DNA of 61,482 bases, the filler included. It is 9 parts of 9 records of this genome, joined end to end, with 100 filler letters (N's around TTAATTAATTAA, not from the genome) between each part and the next. Parts side by side here need not be neighbours in the genome. Positions count along the whole stretch, not along the records: positions 1 to 5,630 come from SRR31147125_38763; positions 5,731 to 11,038 come from SRR31147125_38778; positions 11,139 to 18,066 come from SRR31147125_38779; 6 more parts are not named here. The stretch is one strand, 5' to 3'. Numbering within the stretch: the stretch's first letter is position 1; each line of letters begins with the position of its first letter. Under the pieces are notes generated by a model. It saw only the letters and a list, made by a program, of their open reading frames with translations. It had not been told where the DNA came from and did not search any database. This document shows positions 1 through 11,521 of this stretch, in pieces. The position numbers were made by a program, and so were the translations under genes.

Positions 1-29
1 TTTTTAAATATCTTCACCAGAATCTATCT

Positions 30-105
30 AGTGGACTGAGGTGGACGGAGTGGACAGAGCCTACTTCCGGTCTACTTCCGGTCCACTCCGTCCACTGGGT
101 CCACT
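30..105. repeat. Inverted repeat made of GTGGAC/GTCCAC units (REP-like hairpin)
   Basis: GTGGAC at 31, 41, 50 and GTCCAC at 81, 90, 99. Positions 41-55 are the perfect reverse complement of 81-95. The loop holds a tandem CTACTTCCGGT x2 (61-82). Confidence 0.7.
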
Positions 106-221
106 TACTGAATAAACCCACGATTCTCTCGTCTAAAATGAGAACGCGTGCTACAATAGTGTCGGGGAGCAGGCGTGGCGCGTTTTGGGCTATCAACCAG
201 CAGCAGACAGGAGATCTCTTA

Positions 222-1589
222 ATGCAGGCAGCGCTTATTCTTATCCTCTCTTCCTTCCTGTGCCAAAGTCCGGCCACCTACGTTTTACATACCGAGGAAG
301 AGGTCTGGGATATGGCTACGACAGACCTCACGCAGAATAAGCACAAGGACATTCTTATCCTTAGCTGCGATACGAAAAGCCATCCGCTGAATAAACGCCT
401 CTATGTCTTCCTGGCGGATGAGCAAGGAGGCTATCCTAAAAAAGCTTCATCGCTGCTTAACTTGGAAGCAGAGACCGGGGTGCTTTTTCTCGCTGAATGT
501 GATGGGGAGGCGCCCAAAGAACTCATTACGGCGGATGCGGGGGGCGCTCGGGTCTATACCTGGAAAGACAATGCCTTTACAGAATGCGCCCAACCCCGAT
601 TCAACTCCCTGCTCCCTAGTGGCTCAAAGGAACCGGTCTTTATGGCCAAGGCCGCCAAAGATCTCAATGAGGATGGCATTGATGAATGGCTGATTCCTAA
701 TGCGACTGGGGTCGATCTGCGCTCTATGGAAGGCCTAATCAGCTCGGTGCGTTGTGATGTGGTCAGTGAAATTCGACGCGGCGATAGCACCTACATCTCA
801 CACCGACTCCCAGCCCTGCACTTTTTCGAACAGGAGACGAGCGAGCAACTGGGCATCGCTTTCCTCAGTGATGAAGTTGCCGATTTTTCCTATGGAGAAG
901 GGTGGAAAGAAAGCCAGACCTTTCGCATTCCAATGAACCTGGCGGAGAAATGGGAAGCCAGCAGCAAAATGGCCGACATTAATCAGGATGGATTCCCCGA
1001 TCTAATGGTCACGCAAACCAAGGGAACGATCAATCTGGAAGTCTTGTCTCAAATCTATATCGCGACCACCCCCTTCCACTACGAAGAAAAGCCCACAGCA
1101 ACTTTTAGCAACAAAGGATCTATCGCCAGTCCTTCCCTTGTTGATATTGATGGCGATAAAGACCTGGATTTACTGAATATCAACATCCCCTTTGGCGTTA
1201 AGAATTTCGTTAACTTCTTTGTGCGGGGCAAGCTTTCCGTCAATGCGGATGTCTATCTCTTTGACGGAGAAAGCTACCCTGAAAAGCCCTCCTTTAAAAC
1301 TTCGCTGACCATGGATGCGCCCGAAGGGCGCGAGCAGGTCGCTTACGCGATGGGCGATTTCGATGGGGACAAACGCCTGGATGTCTGCTTCGGCAAAGAA
1401 GCGGATGCGCTCGTCATACGCCTGGGTGAGGCTGATCGCTTCGTCTCCAATAAAGACTGGGTGAGCATTAATGTCCCCAGTTTCGGCATTGCGAAACCGG
1501 TCAAGCTCAACGACAATGAACAAGATGATATCCTCTTGTACCATCCCGGTGGCGAGAACGCTAAACGCATCGAGGTGATCCTCTTCTAA
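222..1589 (+). CDS. Secreted FG-GAP/VCBS repeat protein
   Basis: Repeated D-x-[DN]-x-D-G-x-x-D motifs (DLNEDGIDE, DINQDGFPDL, DIDGDKDLDL, DFDGDKRLDV). ATG 222 follows GGAGA and begins a hydrophobic signal-like segment. The ORF track starts at 138. Confidence 0.8.
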   Translation: MQAALILILSSFLCQSPATYVLHTEEEVWDMATTDLTQNKHKDILILSCDTKSHPLNKRLYVFLADEQGGYPKKASSLLNLEAETGVLFLAECDGEAPKELITADAGGARVYTWKDNAFTECAQPRFNSLLPSGSKEPVFMAKAAKDLNEDGIDEWLIPNATGVDLRSMEGLISSVRCDVVSEIRRGDSTYISHRLPALHFFEQETSEQLGIAFLSDEVADFSYGEGWKESQTFRIPMNLAEKWEASSKMADINQDGFPDLMVTQTKGTINLEVLSQIYIATTPFHYEEKPTATFSNKGSIASPSLVDIDGDKDLDLLNINIPFGVKNFVNFFVRGKLSVNADVYLFDGESYPEKPSFKTSLTMDAPEGREQVAYAMGDFDGDKRLDVCFGKEADALVIRLGEADRFVSNKDWVSINVPSFGIAKPVKLNDNEQDDILLYHPGGENAKRIEVILF

Positions 1590-1615
1590 TCAGGGGACGG
1601 GAACAGGAAAAAGAA

Positions 1616-3795
1616 TCAACTATGATCCCCTCCCCTGAGAATGGGGGCCACGCGCCATTGCGCCTTTTCTCCAAAACGGATGTTCCCCTTACCGGCATGC
1701 CCAGTATAGTTCCCTTCATAAACACAGCGCACCGAACTGGTCATCAGTACGGTGGCCACCAGCAAAGCCAGGATAAAGGCCCACAGAACTCGATACATCG
1801 AGGACTCATAGCGAATACAGCCCAGCCTGGGCGCTATCAGTCCCTCTTCGCGCACGCAGATTAACATGAGCACACTCACCAGTATGGCATTGAAAAAAAT
1901 CACCCCTTCGGTGATAATGCGCCCGGATTCAAAGGCGGGCAAAGCCCGTTCAAAATTCGCCACCACCATCATCCACAAAAAGACCAGGTAGAAAAGCTGC
2001 CCTTTACCCACCCAGGCGTTGGGCATCACGGCTAAGGGACGCTTTTGATGCCGCACGAAGAGTAACAACATCCCCCCGGAAAGACACAGCCAAACAATAA
2101 AAAACCAGATCTGTGAAGGAAGCACGATGCTTTGAAATAGGGGGCGGCCATTTTCTCCGGCACAGACTTGTATTCTATCCACTTATCGACATTCTTGAAG
2201 CAATTGACAAAGGTCACTCCCAGCAAGACAAAAAGCACCGCAAAAACTTCCGTCCAGCGCCGTTGTCTTGGCTGCCCGTCTAAATAGCCCACTTTCCGCG
2301 CCAGCAGGCCCAGGGCCAGGGCAATGCCGATACCATTGATAAAGCCATAACTCTGCTCCAGAAAACTGTGCCAGTTGGCCGATTGCCAATGCCGCCAGAG
2401 ATCAATCACCGCTCCATCCGTAATACGCTGGGGATTCCCCGGCGCCACCATCATCAATTTGAGCCACGCCGCCCCGGAGAAACCGAGTCCACCAACAATA
2501 CCGCTCACCAGAGAAGCATAAAGAATCGGAATCAGGTTACGCCGATAGCACCACAGCATCGCGCCCAGAAATACGCCAAGAATCCCCGCCCAGTCGTCCG
2601 AACGCGGGGGCGTCATATGCAGATTGAGCAGCGTTGGCAGCAAAAGAAAACTCAACAACCAGCCCGAGGCCATATACACAAAAAGGGAAGCGTCATCCCG
2701 AAAGCGGCCATGACGATAAAAATACAGCGCCAGGGCAAGCAGCAGGCCGGCCATCCAGCCCAGGTGTTGGGGAATATCCTGAAAAAACTGCGGCCAGTTA
2801 ATCAGGTATTGCGCCAAGAGATCCTCCAGGGCGCAGCCCTCTTCCAAGGCCATCTTGCGCGCCAGAGCAACATCGCCCTGATAATGCAATAGCAGCCATA
2901 AGACGGCTTTCGTCAAGCCGAAGAGGGCGATAAGCTGCTGCAAGACATAGCCCAGCAAGGCCCCCAGCGCGGCGTAGATCAGCAGCAAACCAAGCCTGAA
3001 ATAGTAGCATGCGGCAATCAGCCCTCCCCCAAGAAGGAAAGAGAGACATGCAATCGCGAGGGCGCAAGCGTATAGCCCTAAGACACTTCCCCCGTCTCCT
3101 ATACGCAACCCCAAGGCCGCAATCAACAGCCCCAGAAAACTGAACGCCAAAGCCCCATAAAGCATCCCACGGAAGCCGGGCCATTGCTTGCGCCGTTGAT
3201 CCCAGAGATCAAAGAGGCACAGGGCCACCAAAGCGCTCAAGGCTTGCAGCCAATCCGCATCGAACCAATAGAGGGGACTTTCATGGCGGCTCCAGGTGCT
3301 GGTGTAAGCGGATTCCCAGCGTGTGACTAAGGGGAGCAGGGTGATTCCCATCAACAGCCAAAAGCAAAAGATCCACAATAAGGGACGAAAGATACGCGTC
3401 AGCCGATTCCTCTCCACCACCGCCGGAAAAGCCGTACCGGCGCCCCCCATTCCCGCCCAAAGGAAGCCAATAACAAATAAGCAAAAGAATCCGTAGTACT
3501 GCGACGGGGCATGCCCGGAATGGCTATAGCCGAGGGTCTGCATATAGGAAATGGATCCCCCAAAGGCCCAGCCTAAGGCCCCAAAGAAGCCAAAATAGGC
3601 CACACGCTCACGCCAATCCGCACGCCCGGATAAAAGACACACCGCAATAGCCGTCAAGGCGCCGGGAATCATAGCCCCATATTCGTGCCCGAAGTTCCCT
3701 CGAATCCCCCAGCCAATGGATAAGGAAAGCCCTGCAATCAGGAACGTGCTGAATCGAAGCGTACTGGGATGAATGCGTGCCTGCATAACCACCAA
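1616..3795 (-). CDS. Large polytopic membrane protein of unknown function (one frameshift near 2140)
   Basis: ORFs 2032-3795 and 1616-2182 join as ...EKMAAP/LFQSIVLPSQIW at a C-homopolymer. Many TM segments and Gly-rich motifs (IGWGIRGNFGHEYGA, WAFGGSISYMQ, NWHSFLEQSYGF). Confidence 0.7.
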
Positions 3796-4359
3796 CTCCC
3801 TTGCCGGACTTTAAAGATTCTACGGTGTGAAAGGGTCATTTAGAAAAGAAATGTCATAGGACTCATTGCCTATACCGGTCCCGCCAGAAAAGATACATTC
3901 GAAATGGCATTTAAAAAAACACCACTTCTGAGACCATCGATGACGCAAAAGGGTTTTGAACTTCTTGGCCCCTTCCAATGATCTTTCTCCTTCGATAGTA
4001 CTATACCCTTAATTCATAACCTTAGTACGGAGTCGGTAGTTCCAACGGGGCAGGGCGCTCCGAACCTTATTTGCGGTGGAAATCAATGGGCACGACAGAA
4101 AAAGTGCTGACTGCGCGCTCCCCTTCTTATTCCTCCCGCACGCCTATTTAGCTTCCTCCTCACCAAGGCCCTGTCTTGAAAGGAACGAGACTTCTGAGCA
4201 GGGTATTGTTGGGCGTTTGTCGCTGTACCGGTAGCATTCCAAAGCTAAGACATTGGTGTTTTGTTCGGCTTTTCTTCGGAGCGCCATACCGCAGAAGAAG
4301 TTCATAAACGTAGCTATTTAGTTGAAGATAGACCTCAATTCGATTTGGGAAGCTTCCTG

Positions 4360-5630
4360 CTACTTCTCTTGGGCCGAGGCGTATTTTTCAAGCAAGGCAC
4401 GCATCTCCTGCACCACTTCGGGATAGTCCTTATAAACATTCTTCCTCTGATTAACATCGGCATGCAAATCGTAGAGCTGGGCCGGTGGAGCGCTCTTTTT
4501 GATTTTACCGTTTTGAATATCACTGTTCACACTGCCAACAAAGGCAGTGGCCGGGGGGCCGCCCCAGGCATGCTGTTCTGGTTTCGAGCCCTTGAAACCC
4601 CCACTCCCCTGCGCGCCGATATAGAGCCACTTACCCCGACGGATTGCCAGGTTCTTTTGGTTGCGCGGAGCCAGCAATAATTCTGATCGCAAGGCTTTGG
4701 CCGGATCCCCCAAGAGGGCTGGCAGAACATTTACGCTGTCCGTGCTTTCCACTGCATGGGAGTCTTGCCCGGTCAACGCCATAAAGGTGGCCAGCATATC
4801 GACGTTGCAGATGAGCTGACTGGATTCACTGCCCGCCGTGATTTTTCCGGGCCAGCGGGCGATGAAGGGAACGCGATGTCCGCCTTCCCAGGCGCCGAAT
4901 TTGAAACCAAGGAGATCGCCGTTGATCTTGTGGCCGGCCTTAACAGCGTTACGTCCCCCCAGATTCAACATACCGCCGTTATCACTGGTAAAGATGATCA
5001 GGGTGTTCTCACTCAGGCCTTCCTTCTCAAGACATTCGCTCACTTGCCCCACTATCCAGTCCAATTCCTGGATGAAGTCGCCATAAAGTTCGGCCTGACT
5101 CGTGCCCTGGAAGGCTTTCCCGGGCGTGAAGGGGTGGTGAATATGGGTGGTGGCCAGGTAGAGAAAGAAGGGCTGATCCTTATTCTCGGTGATCCAGTTG
5201 ACCGCCTTCTCCGCCAAGACGGTTCCCACCGTATAGTCGTTGTAGTGTTGGTGGGCCTCCACAGCGCCTTTGAAGCGATTGGGGGTGCGCTGTGACGCAT
5301 CAGGCGGAATTGGTGTGATAGGCGTAGCATCCTGGTGCGTACCCTTGCCGAGATGGACTAAGGGATCATCAGGGTCTCCGCCTACAATACGGTCATTCTC
5401 GACATAGACGTAAGGCGGCGCACTGTTCACCACAGGAATGCCAAAGTAGTAGTCAAAACCCAGATCCTGCGGCCCGGGACGCAAGGGCTCTTGCCAGTCA
5501 TTTTCATCCACACCGAAGCCAAGGTGCCACTTGCCCAGCGCAGCGGTAGCGTAGCCCTTACGCTTGAAGACGTCGGCAATAGTCAGAGTCTCGGTGTCGA
5601 TAATGAGGGGAGATTCGATGGGTGAGGCCC
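4360..5630 (-). CDS. Arylsulfatase family protein, 5' truncated at contig edge
   Basis: The frame stays open upstream of 5511 (GYATAALGKWHLG). Also GFDYYFG, FTSDNG, WEGGHRVP and QLYDL motifs. Confidence 0.9.
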
Positions 5631-5730
5631 NNNNNNNNNNNNNNNNNNNNNNNNNNNNNNNNNNNNNNNNNNNNTTAATTAATTAANNNNNNNNNNNNNN
5701 NNNNNNNNNNNNNNNNNNNNNNNNNNNNNN
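5631..5730. other. Artificial contig spacer
   Basis: 100 nt of Ns around TTAATTAATTAA (stops in all six frames). Confidence 0.98.
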
Positions 5731-6004
5731 TTATGAAGAGAATAAGGTTTATATATCATCACAATAATTTTTTACATGGGATGATATGCGATAGTACGCA
5801 AAGAGAATCCGACTTCGATTAGCTATACTCACCGAACCAACGAAGCGATTCTTTATCCCATTGGATTTAAGAAGTTCTTTAATTTGTCTGTTATTTTCCC
5901 AATAGCGAAATCTAAAATATTTCGCCGATTTTTAAAAGCCATGCAAAAGTATAAAAAATTGGCAGAGAAAAAAACGACACAAAAAAGATAGAATATGCGT
6001 TGTA

Positions 6005-7444
6005 TTAGGTATTTCTACTGTCTCTGAAATTCTCAAGCCTGCTGGCGTCGAGACGAATAAAAATAAATAGCAGAATTGTAAACGACCAAAGCGATGAACC
6101 TCCGTAACTAAAAAACGGGAGAGGAATACCAATAACAGGCATTACTCCAATGGTCATTCCTATGTTAACCGCAAAGTGAAAAAAGAGTATTACTGCCACC
6201 GAATATCCGTAAATCCTGGAGAATACAGAGCGTTGTCGTTCGGCCAGCCACACCAGCCGGATAAAGAATGTTACAAACATAATAATAATAGTCAGGGTTC
6301 CGGCAAATCCCCACTCCTCGCCTACTGTACAAAAAATAAAATCGGTGTCTTGCTCGGGCACAAAATTAAATTTCGTTTGAGTTCCTTTCAAGTATCCTTT
6401 TCCCAGAAGTCCGCCCGAACCAATGGCAATTTTACTTTGATTAACATGGTAACCGGCTCCATACGGATTCGACTCGATACCAAGCAACTCGTTTATACGA
6501 ACCTGTTGGTGAGGTTCAAGCACATTATTAAATGCATAATCAACAGAAAGAGTAAACAACACTGAGCCAACAAAAAACAGCGAAATAAACGTATAATTTT
6601 TAATCCGTTTTGAAAGGCTGTATCCTAAAACAATCGCTCCTCCCAGTACAGCCCCCCCGGTAATTGCTGAGGCCAAATCAAATTTAGACCCCAAAACAAG
6701 ATTAATCAACATTGAAACCAATATGGAGGAACCGCACATTATCGTTACTCGTACAAACTGGTTAAGTTTAGGATTTAGAATAAAATAGATAAGAAGTGCA
6801 ATTGCAACAATAACCAACACCAAAGTAAGTTTGGGTACCAGCAAAGTGCAAATAAATAGAATGCCAAGTAAGGTGCCCAGAAAAAGCACAAGCCCCGAAA
6901 GTCCTTCGCGGAAAAGGACTAACACAAAAGAAAAATAAACCAAAGCAGAACCTGTATCGTTTTGCAACAAAATAAATGTTGCCGGTAAAAATATTATCAG
7001 CCCAATCATCATGAGCGACTTAGGTTGTTGCAGTTTAAATCCAAATGTACTCATGTAACGCGCCAAAGCAAGCCCCGTAGCAAACTTGGCAAACTCTGCC
7101 GGCTGAATTGCAATTCCCCCTAACTGAAACCACGAACGGGCACCATTAATTTCTTTTCCTACAAATAGTACCAGCATTAATAAAAACACCGTAACGCCAT
7201 AGAAAATATAAGAGAAAAACACATAAAAATTTGTTTCTATCAGCATTATTACCACTGCAATACCAATGGCAGCACCAATCCAAATTAATTGTTTTCCGTA
7301 ACGTTGCGTAGTATCTAATATATTTTGGTGCTCAGCATCGTAAACAGCTGCATAAATATTTAACCAGCCCATAAAAATAAGCAACAGGTATAGCAGCACT
7401 GTAATCCAATCTATATTTGCCCAAGTATTACTTCGCTGTGCCAT
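6005..7444 (-). CDS. rodA: Rod shape-determining protein RodA (SEDS family)
   Basis: GARSWF, IQPAEFAK, QNDTGSA, IAIGSGG, VPEQDTDFIF, PFFSYGGSS motifs; immediately downstream of mrdA. Confidence 0.95.
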   Translation of the reverse strand: MAQRSNTWANIDWITVLLYLLLIFMGWLNIYAAVYDAEHQNILDTTQRYGKQLIWIGAAIGIAVVIMLIETNFYVFFSYIFYGVTVFLLMLVLFVGKEINGARSWFQLGGIAIQPAEFAKFATGLALARYMSTFGFKLQQPKSLMMIGLIIFLPATFILLQNDTGSALVYFSFVLVLFREGLSGLVLFLGTLLGILFICTLLVPKLTLVLVIVAIALLIYFILNPKLNQFVRVTIMCGSSILVSMLINLVLGSKFDLASAITGGAVLGGAIVLGYSLSKRIKNYTFISLFFVGSVLFTLSVDYAFNNVLEPHQQVRINELLGIESNPYGAGYHVNQSKIAIGSGGLLGKGYLKGTQTKFNFVPEQDTDFIFCTVGEEWGFAGTLTIIIMFVTFFIRLVWLAERQRSVFSRIYGYSVAVILFFHFAVNIGMTIGVMPVIGIPLPFFSYGGSSLWSFTILLFIFIRLDASRLENFRDSRNT

Positions 7445-7445
7445 A

Positions 7446-9254
7446 TTAATTTGGTTCGTTTGGGTTTAGCAAATTTGCTTCCATCATTTGTTTTTCAATC
7501 CACCCTCTACGTGTAGAAATGGTGTCGTTCAAATACTTTTCTATCATTAAACTAGCCATTGGAGCAGCGTGAGTCGCCCCATATCCTCCATTTTCAACAT
7601 AAACAAAAATTGCTATTTCAGGATTTTCTTTTGGAGCAAATGCAATATATGCCGAATGATCTTCTCCATGAGGATTCTGAACAGTTCCGGTTTTTCCGCA
7701 ATAAATAAGCCCCGGTATGCTCCGTGTTATACGCCCCTGCGCCACTTGTTCCATTCCTTTTAAAATAGGAATAAAGTGCCTTTCTTCAATTCCCACTTTA
7801 TGCATTTGTTTAACGCTTCTTCTTATGGTATCGTTTTCCACCTCTTTTACAACGTGAGGCTCGTAATAATGGCCGCGATTGGCAAATATCGAACAGCAAT
7901 TTACCATTTGCATAGGAGTAATTCCAAGCTCTCCCTGACCAATTGCCAACGAGCGAATGGTTAATGCATTCCAGTGTCCTTTGCCATAAATATTATCGTA
8001 AAGCGACTGCGAAGGCAAATCTCCTTTTAAAGCATTAGGAAAATCTTTACTTAACGTCTGCCCAATGCCAAAACGTACGGCATAATCGCGCCATGTATTA
8101 AATCCTTCTGCCGATGTATTATTCTTATTTATTATCGACCGAAACGTATTCCATAAAAATGGATTACACGATTCGCGTATTGCATCGACAACATTAGCAG
8201 GTGAAACATGATTATGAGTACACCGAATAGGTACTGAGCCTTTTCCGTAACAGGCAAAACGAGTGCTGGTATTTATTACTTTTTCCTGAAGACCGATTAA
8301 TGTATTAATCACTTTAAAAGTTGAACCGGGTGGATATTTTGCCATTAAAGCACGATTAAAAAGAGGCTTTAAGGTATCGCTTAAAAGCTCTGCATAATTT
8401 TTACCGCGTACCCTACCTACCAAAAGACCAGGATCGTATATGGGCGCACTAAGCATTGTCAACACTTCTCCCGTAGCAGGTTCAATGGCAACCACTGCCC
8501 CCTTTTTATTCTGAAACAGCTTTTCGGCATACAATTGCAAATCCAAATCAAGAGTAGTTGTAATATTCTTACCAATCTTTGGCGGTACATCTTCACGCCC
8601 ATTTCGGTAACTTCCCTGAATTCGGTTATGCACATCAACCAGATTCTTTTTTACACCTTTTATTCCACGTAGCTGTTTTTCGTATGTTTTCTCAATTCCA
8701 ATAGCTCCAATATAATCACCCGATTTATAATAATCATCTCTTTTTATGTCGTTACCCGTAACCTCGCCCACGTAGCCCAGAGCATGAGCTGCTGCTGTTG
8801 TTGAATACTCGCGCAGTGTCCTTATTTGCGAATGAAATCCTTTAAACTTATACAACTGTTCTTGTAAAACAGCATAAGTTTCGGGCGAAATTTGTTTAAT
8901 CAGAATCGATGATTTATACCACGAATATTGCTTTGCCTTTTTTATCCCGGTTTCTAAATCAGGTTTCGTAATTTTTAGCAGATTACAAAACAAAGTTGTA
9001 TCGAACTCTTCTACTTCGCGGGGAGTAATAAGTAAATCGTATGCAGTTCTGTTGTATACGAGGAGTTGTCCATTACGATCGTAAATTAATCCGCGTGCCG
9101 GATATTGAACAACTTCGCGCAGTACATTATTTGTGGCATATTGCTTATAGGTAGAATCGAGCACTTGCAAGCGAAATAGCTTGATTACAAACACAAGTGC
9201 CACCAGCACAAAAACTAAAACTACTATATAACTTCTTTTTGAATAATCGTTCAC
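7446..9254 (-). CDS. mrdA: Penicillin-binding protein 2
   Basis: N-terminal TM, PARGLIYDRNG, YPPGSTFK (SxxK), SCN and KTG motifs. Confidence 0.95.
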   Translation of the reverse strand: MNDYSKRSYIVVLVFVLVALVFVIKLFRLQVLDSTYKQYATNNVLREVVQYPARGLIYDRNGQLLVYNRTAYDLLITPREVEEFDTTLFCNLLKITKPDLETGIKKAKQYSWYKSSILIKQISPETYAVLQEQLYKFKGFHSQIRTLREYSTTAAAHALGYVGEVTGNDIKRDDYYKSGDYIGAIGIEKTYEKQLRGIKGVKKNLVDVHNRIQGSYRNGREDVPPKIGKNITTTLDLDLQLYAEKLFQNKKGAVVAIEPATGEVLTMLSAPIYDPGLLVGRVRGKNYAELLSDTLKPLFNRALMAKYPPGSTFKVINTLIGLQEKVINTSTRFACYGKGSVPIRCTHNHVSPANVVDAIRESCNPFLWNTFRSIINKNNTSAEGFNTWRDYAVRFGIGQTLSKDFPNALKGDLPSQSLYDNIYGKGHWNALTIRSLAIGQGELGITPMQMVNCCSIFANRGHYYEPHVVKEVENDTIRRSVKQMHKVGIEERHFIPILKGMEQVAQGRITRSIPGLIYCGKTGTVQNPHGEDHSAYIAFAPKENPEIAIFVYVENGGYGATHAAPMASLMIEKYLNDTISTRRGWIEKQMMEANLLNPNEPN

Positions 9255-9264
9255 TTGATATTTC

Positions 9265-9767
9265 CTACTCTCTAAAAATGATAAACTGGCTTAAAACCAC
9301 CACAAAAATAGAAAATAATGAACTTAAAAGCACACGATAAAGGGTATCTAAAAAATTATTAATTGTAAACACCTCTACATAGAAAAGAACAAAATGATGG
9401 ATAAAAACACAAATTGCCGTATACCTTAAAAACCACATAAAACCATTCTGAGCCAAGCCCGGGTAATCGCTCATATCTTCTTCGCGGTTGGTAAGTATTT
9501 TTATAATAAAACCCCGAAAATACCCAATAAAAACAGCAGCAAAAGCATGAATTCCAAGGCTATTGGAAAACACATCGATGGTTATCCCCATTAAAAATGA
9601 CAATATAAGAATTGCATACTTAGGAGAATTTATGGGCAACAACATTATAAACAGAATATAAATGTAAGGATTTATATATCCGCTGAATTGTACCTATTAA
9701 GAAACAGCACCTGCACTGCAACCAACACCAAAAACATTATGAAATATTTAATTCCCAGGCGTTCCAT
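9265..9767 (-). CDS. mreD: Rod shape-determining protein MreD (frameshift near 9696)
   Basis: From ATG 9767: MERLGIKYFIMFLVLVAVQVLFLN, then after a 1-nt shift VQFSGYINPYIYILFIMLLP joins ORF 9265-9645. Lies between mreC and mrdA. Confidence 0.88.
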
Positions 9768-10584
9768 TCTCTGTTGTTGTTTTTAACTTTCGAAGTTCGT
9801 CGATATGCGTATTTTCAATTACCTCGACATAAGCAACCGATTTAAAATCGGCCAAAAGTGCAACTTTAATTACGTAATAATTATCGCCGGGAGGTTGCTC
9901 AAACGACTCAATTGTTCCCACCAGTAATCCTTCGGGAAATACGGAAGAGTAGCCACTTGTAACAATGGTATCACCCACTTGCAAATCAACATGAAAAGGA
10001 ATTTCTTTTAACTCGGCATATCGATAATCTTTTCCACCCCAGGCCAGGGAACCATAATATCCGTTTTTCTCTAATTTTGCTGAAATACTCCATCTCGGAT
10101 TCAATAAAGAAAGTCCCATTGAAAACGATTCAGAAACTGTAGTAACAATTCCTACTACACCCTTACTCGAAATTATTCCCTGGTCAGGCTTAATCCCATC
10201 TTTACTGCCTTTATTAAGCGTAATATAGTTGTGTTGCTTGTTTACTGAATTGTTTATTACCCTTGCCGATACATAATTAAAAGTTATATCTGTACTATTC
10301 GAAACGGAAAGCGAATCGGTGAACATTCCCTGATAAGAGTCGAGAGAATTTCGTAACTGGGCATTTTCGATCGACAAATCGCGATTTACTTTTGCCAGCT
10401 TAAAATACTGCATCACCGAGCTAAACGATTCGTAAACCGTTGCGCTTATTGCATTCGACGAATTCAAATATTTTGCACGCTGAAAACTGCTGTAGTTAAA
10501 TATAAACACTAAAGAAACCACTTCTAAAAAAATGAATAGAAGGAATGCGTAATTCTTTAGTAGCAGTCTGAATAAGCTTCGCAT
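9748..10584 (-). CDS. mreC: Rod shape-determining protein MreC
   Basis: TM plus coiled coil (LSIENAQLR), ITLNKGSKDGI, GDTIVTSG, FPEGL; operon context. Confidence 0.95.
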   Translation of the reverse strand: MRSLFRLLLKNYAFLLFIFLEVVSLVFIFNYSSFQRAKYLNSSNAISATVYESFSSVMQYFKLAKVNRDLSIENAQLRNSLDSYQGMFTDSLSVSNSTDITFNYVSARVINNSVNKQHNYITLNKGSKDGIKPDQGIISSKGVVGIVTTVSESFSMGLSLLNPRWSISAKLEKNGYYGSLAWGGKDYRYAELKEIPFHVDLQVGDTIVTSGYSSVFPEGLLVGTIESFEQPPGDNYYVIKVALLADFKSVAYVEVIENTHIDELRKLKTTTENGTPGN

Positions 10585-10605
10585 TTAAACGTACAAAGAG
10601 TTCGA

Positions 10606-11038
10606 TTATCGAATCAGGAATGAAAAATTATCAACGTTCTTTAAGGCAATGCCGGTTCCACGAACAACAGCTCTTAACGGATCTTCTGCAATATGGAACG
10701 GAATTCCAATCTTATCAGTAAGACGTTTATCCAGTCCTTTTAGCAAAGCTCCACCACCGGCAAGCCAAATACCTTTTACCACAATATCGGCATACAACTC
10801 AGGAGGAGTTTGTTCCAGGGCGCTCAAAACAGCTGTTTCAATTTTCGAAATCGATTTTTCAAGACAGTGAGCTATTTCTATACGAAACCGGCACTTCTAT
10901 TGGTAATGCTGTCATTTGGTTTGGTCCCTGAACCACATAATCCTGTGGAGGTTCCTGCAACTGAGAAAGCGCAGAACCAACATGAATTTTAATTTCTTCA
11001 GCAGTGCGTTCACCAATTTTAATATTATGTTGATGACG
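10606..11038 (-). CDS. mreB: MreB, C-terminal part (5' truncated; frameshift near 10880)
   Basis: IGERTAEEIKI, LEQTPPELYADI, LAGGGALLKGLD, AEDPLRAVVRGTG. Confidence 0.93.
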
Positions 11039-11138
11039 NNNNNNNNNNNNNNNNNNNNNNNNNNNNNNNNNNNNNNNNNNNNTTAATTAATTAANNNNNN
11101 NNNNNNNNNNNNNNNNNNNNNNNNNNNNNNNNNNNNNN
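11039..11138. other. Artificial contig spacer
   Basis: Ns around TTAATTAATTAA. Confidence 0.98.
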
Positions 11139-11494
11139 GAGGATATTATCAACAAAGGCGGCGGTAATATTCTGATAAGGGTATATAATTCCACTGATGA
11201 TGAGCAGCTTGATGATACAGATGTTAAGATAAACAGCGACGGGCGTGAGTATTACGTGCCTGCAGGTACACAGATAAAGCTTGAGCCCGGGCAGAGCATA
11301 ACCATATATCAAAGGCTGTATCATGATTTTGAAGTGGAAGAAGGGACAGGCGCTGTGCTGCTTGGTGAAGTTTCGATGTGCAACGACGACAAGACTGACA
11401 ACAGGTTTTTAGAGGAGCTGGGAAGATTTCCGCACGTGGAAGAGGACGAGGCTCCTACAGGCTGCTGTGCAGTGAGTATCCGCCAGTTGGATAA
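11139..11494 (+). CDS. D-lyxose/D-mannose family sugar isomerase, C-terminal part (frameshift near 11455)
   Basis: EDIINKGGGN...LEPGQSITI...YHDF...GEVSMCNDDKTDNRF...EEDEAP, then YRLLCSEYP* in the shifted frame. Confidence 0.85.
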
Positions 11495-11521
11495 GAAAGC
11501 TGATAAAGTGAGGAGACAAAA

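Noticed and set aside
14-277. 87-aa minus-strand ORF with WTQWTEWT repeats
   Set aside because: The peptide periodicity is just the translation of the GTGGAC DNA repeat, and the ORF overlaps the FG-GAP gene start.
3930-3975. GACGCAAA resembling a c-di-GMP-I riboswitch core
   Set aside because: The upstream GGCAAA/GNRA stem and downstream P3 elements are absent.
5631-5730. TTAATTAATTAA recurring eight times as a biological repeat or CRISPR
   Set aside because: It is always centred in N-runs of fixed length, so it is an assembly linker.
9265-11038. mreB and mreD as pseudogenes or programmed frameshifts
   Set aside because: These are essential genes in an otherwise intact operon, and similar 1-2 nt indels occur across unrelated contigs. 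Sequencing error is simpler.
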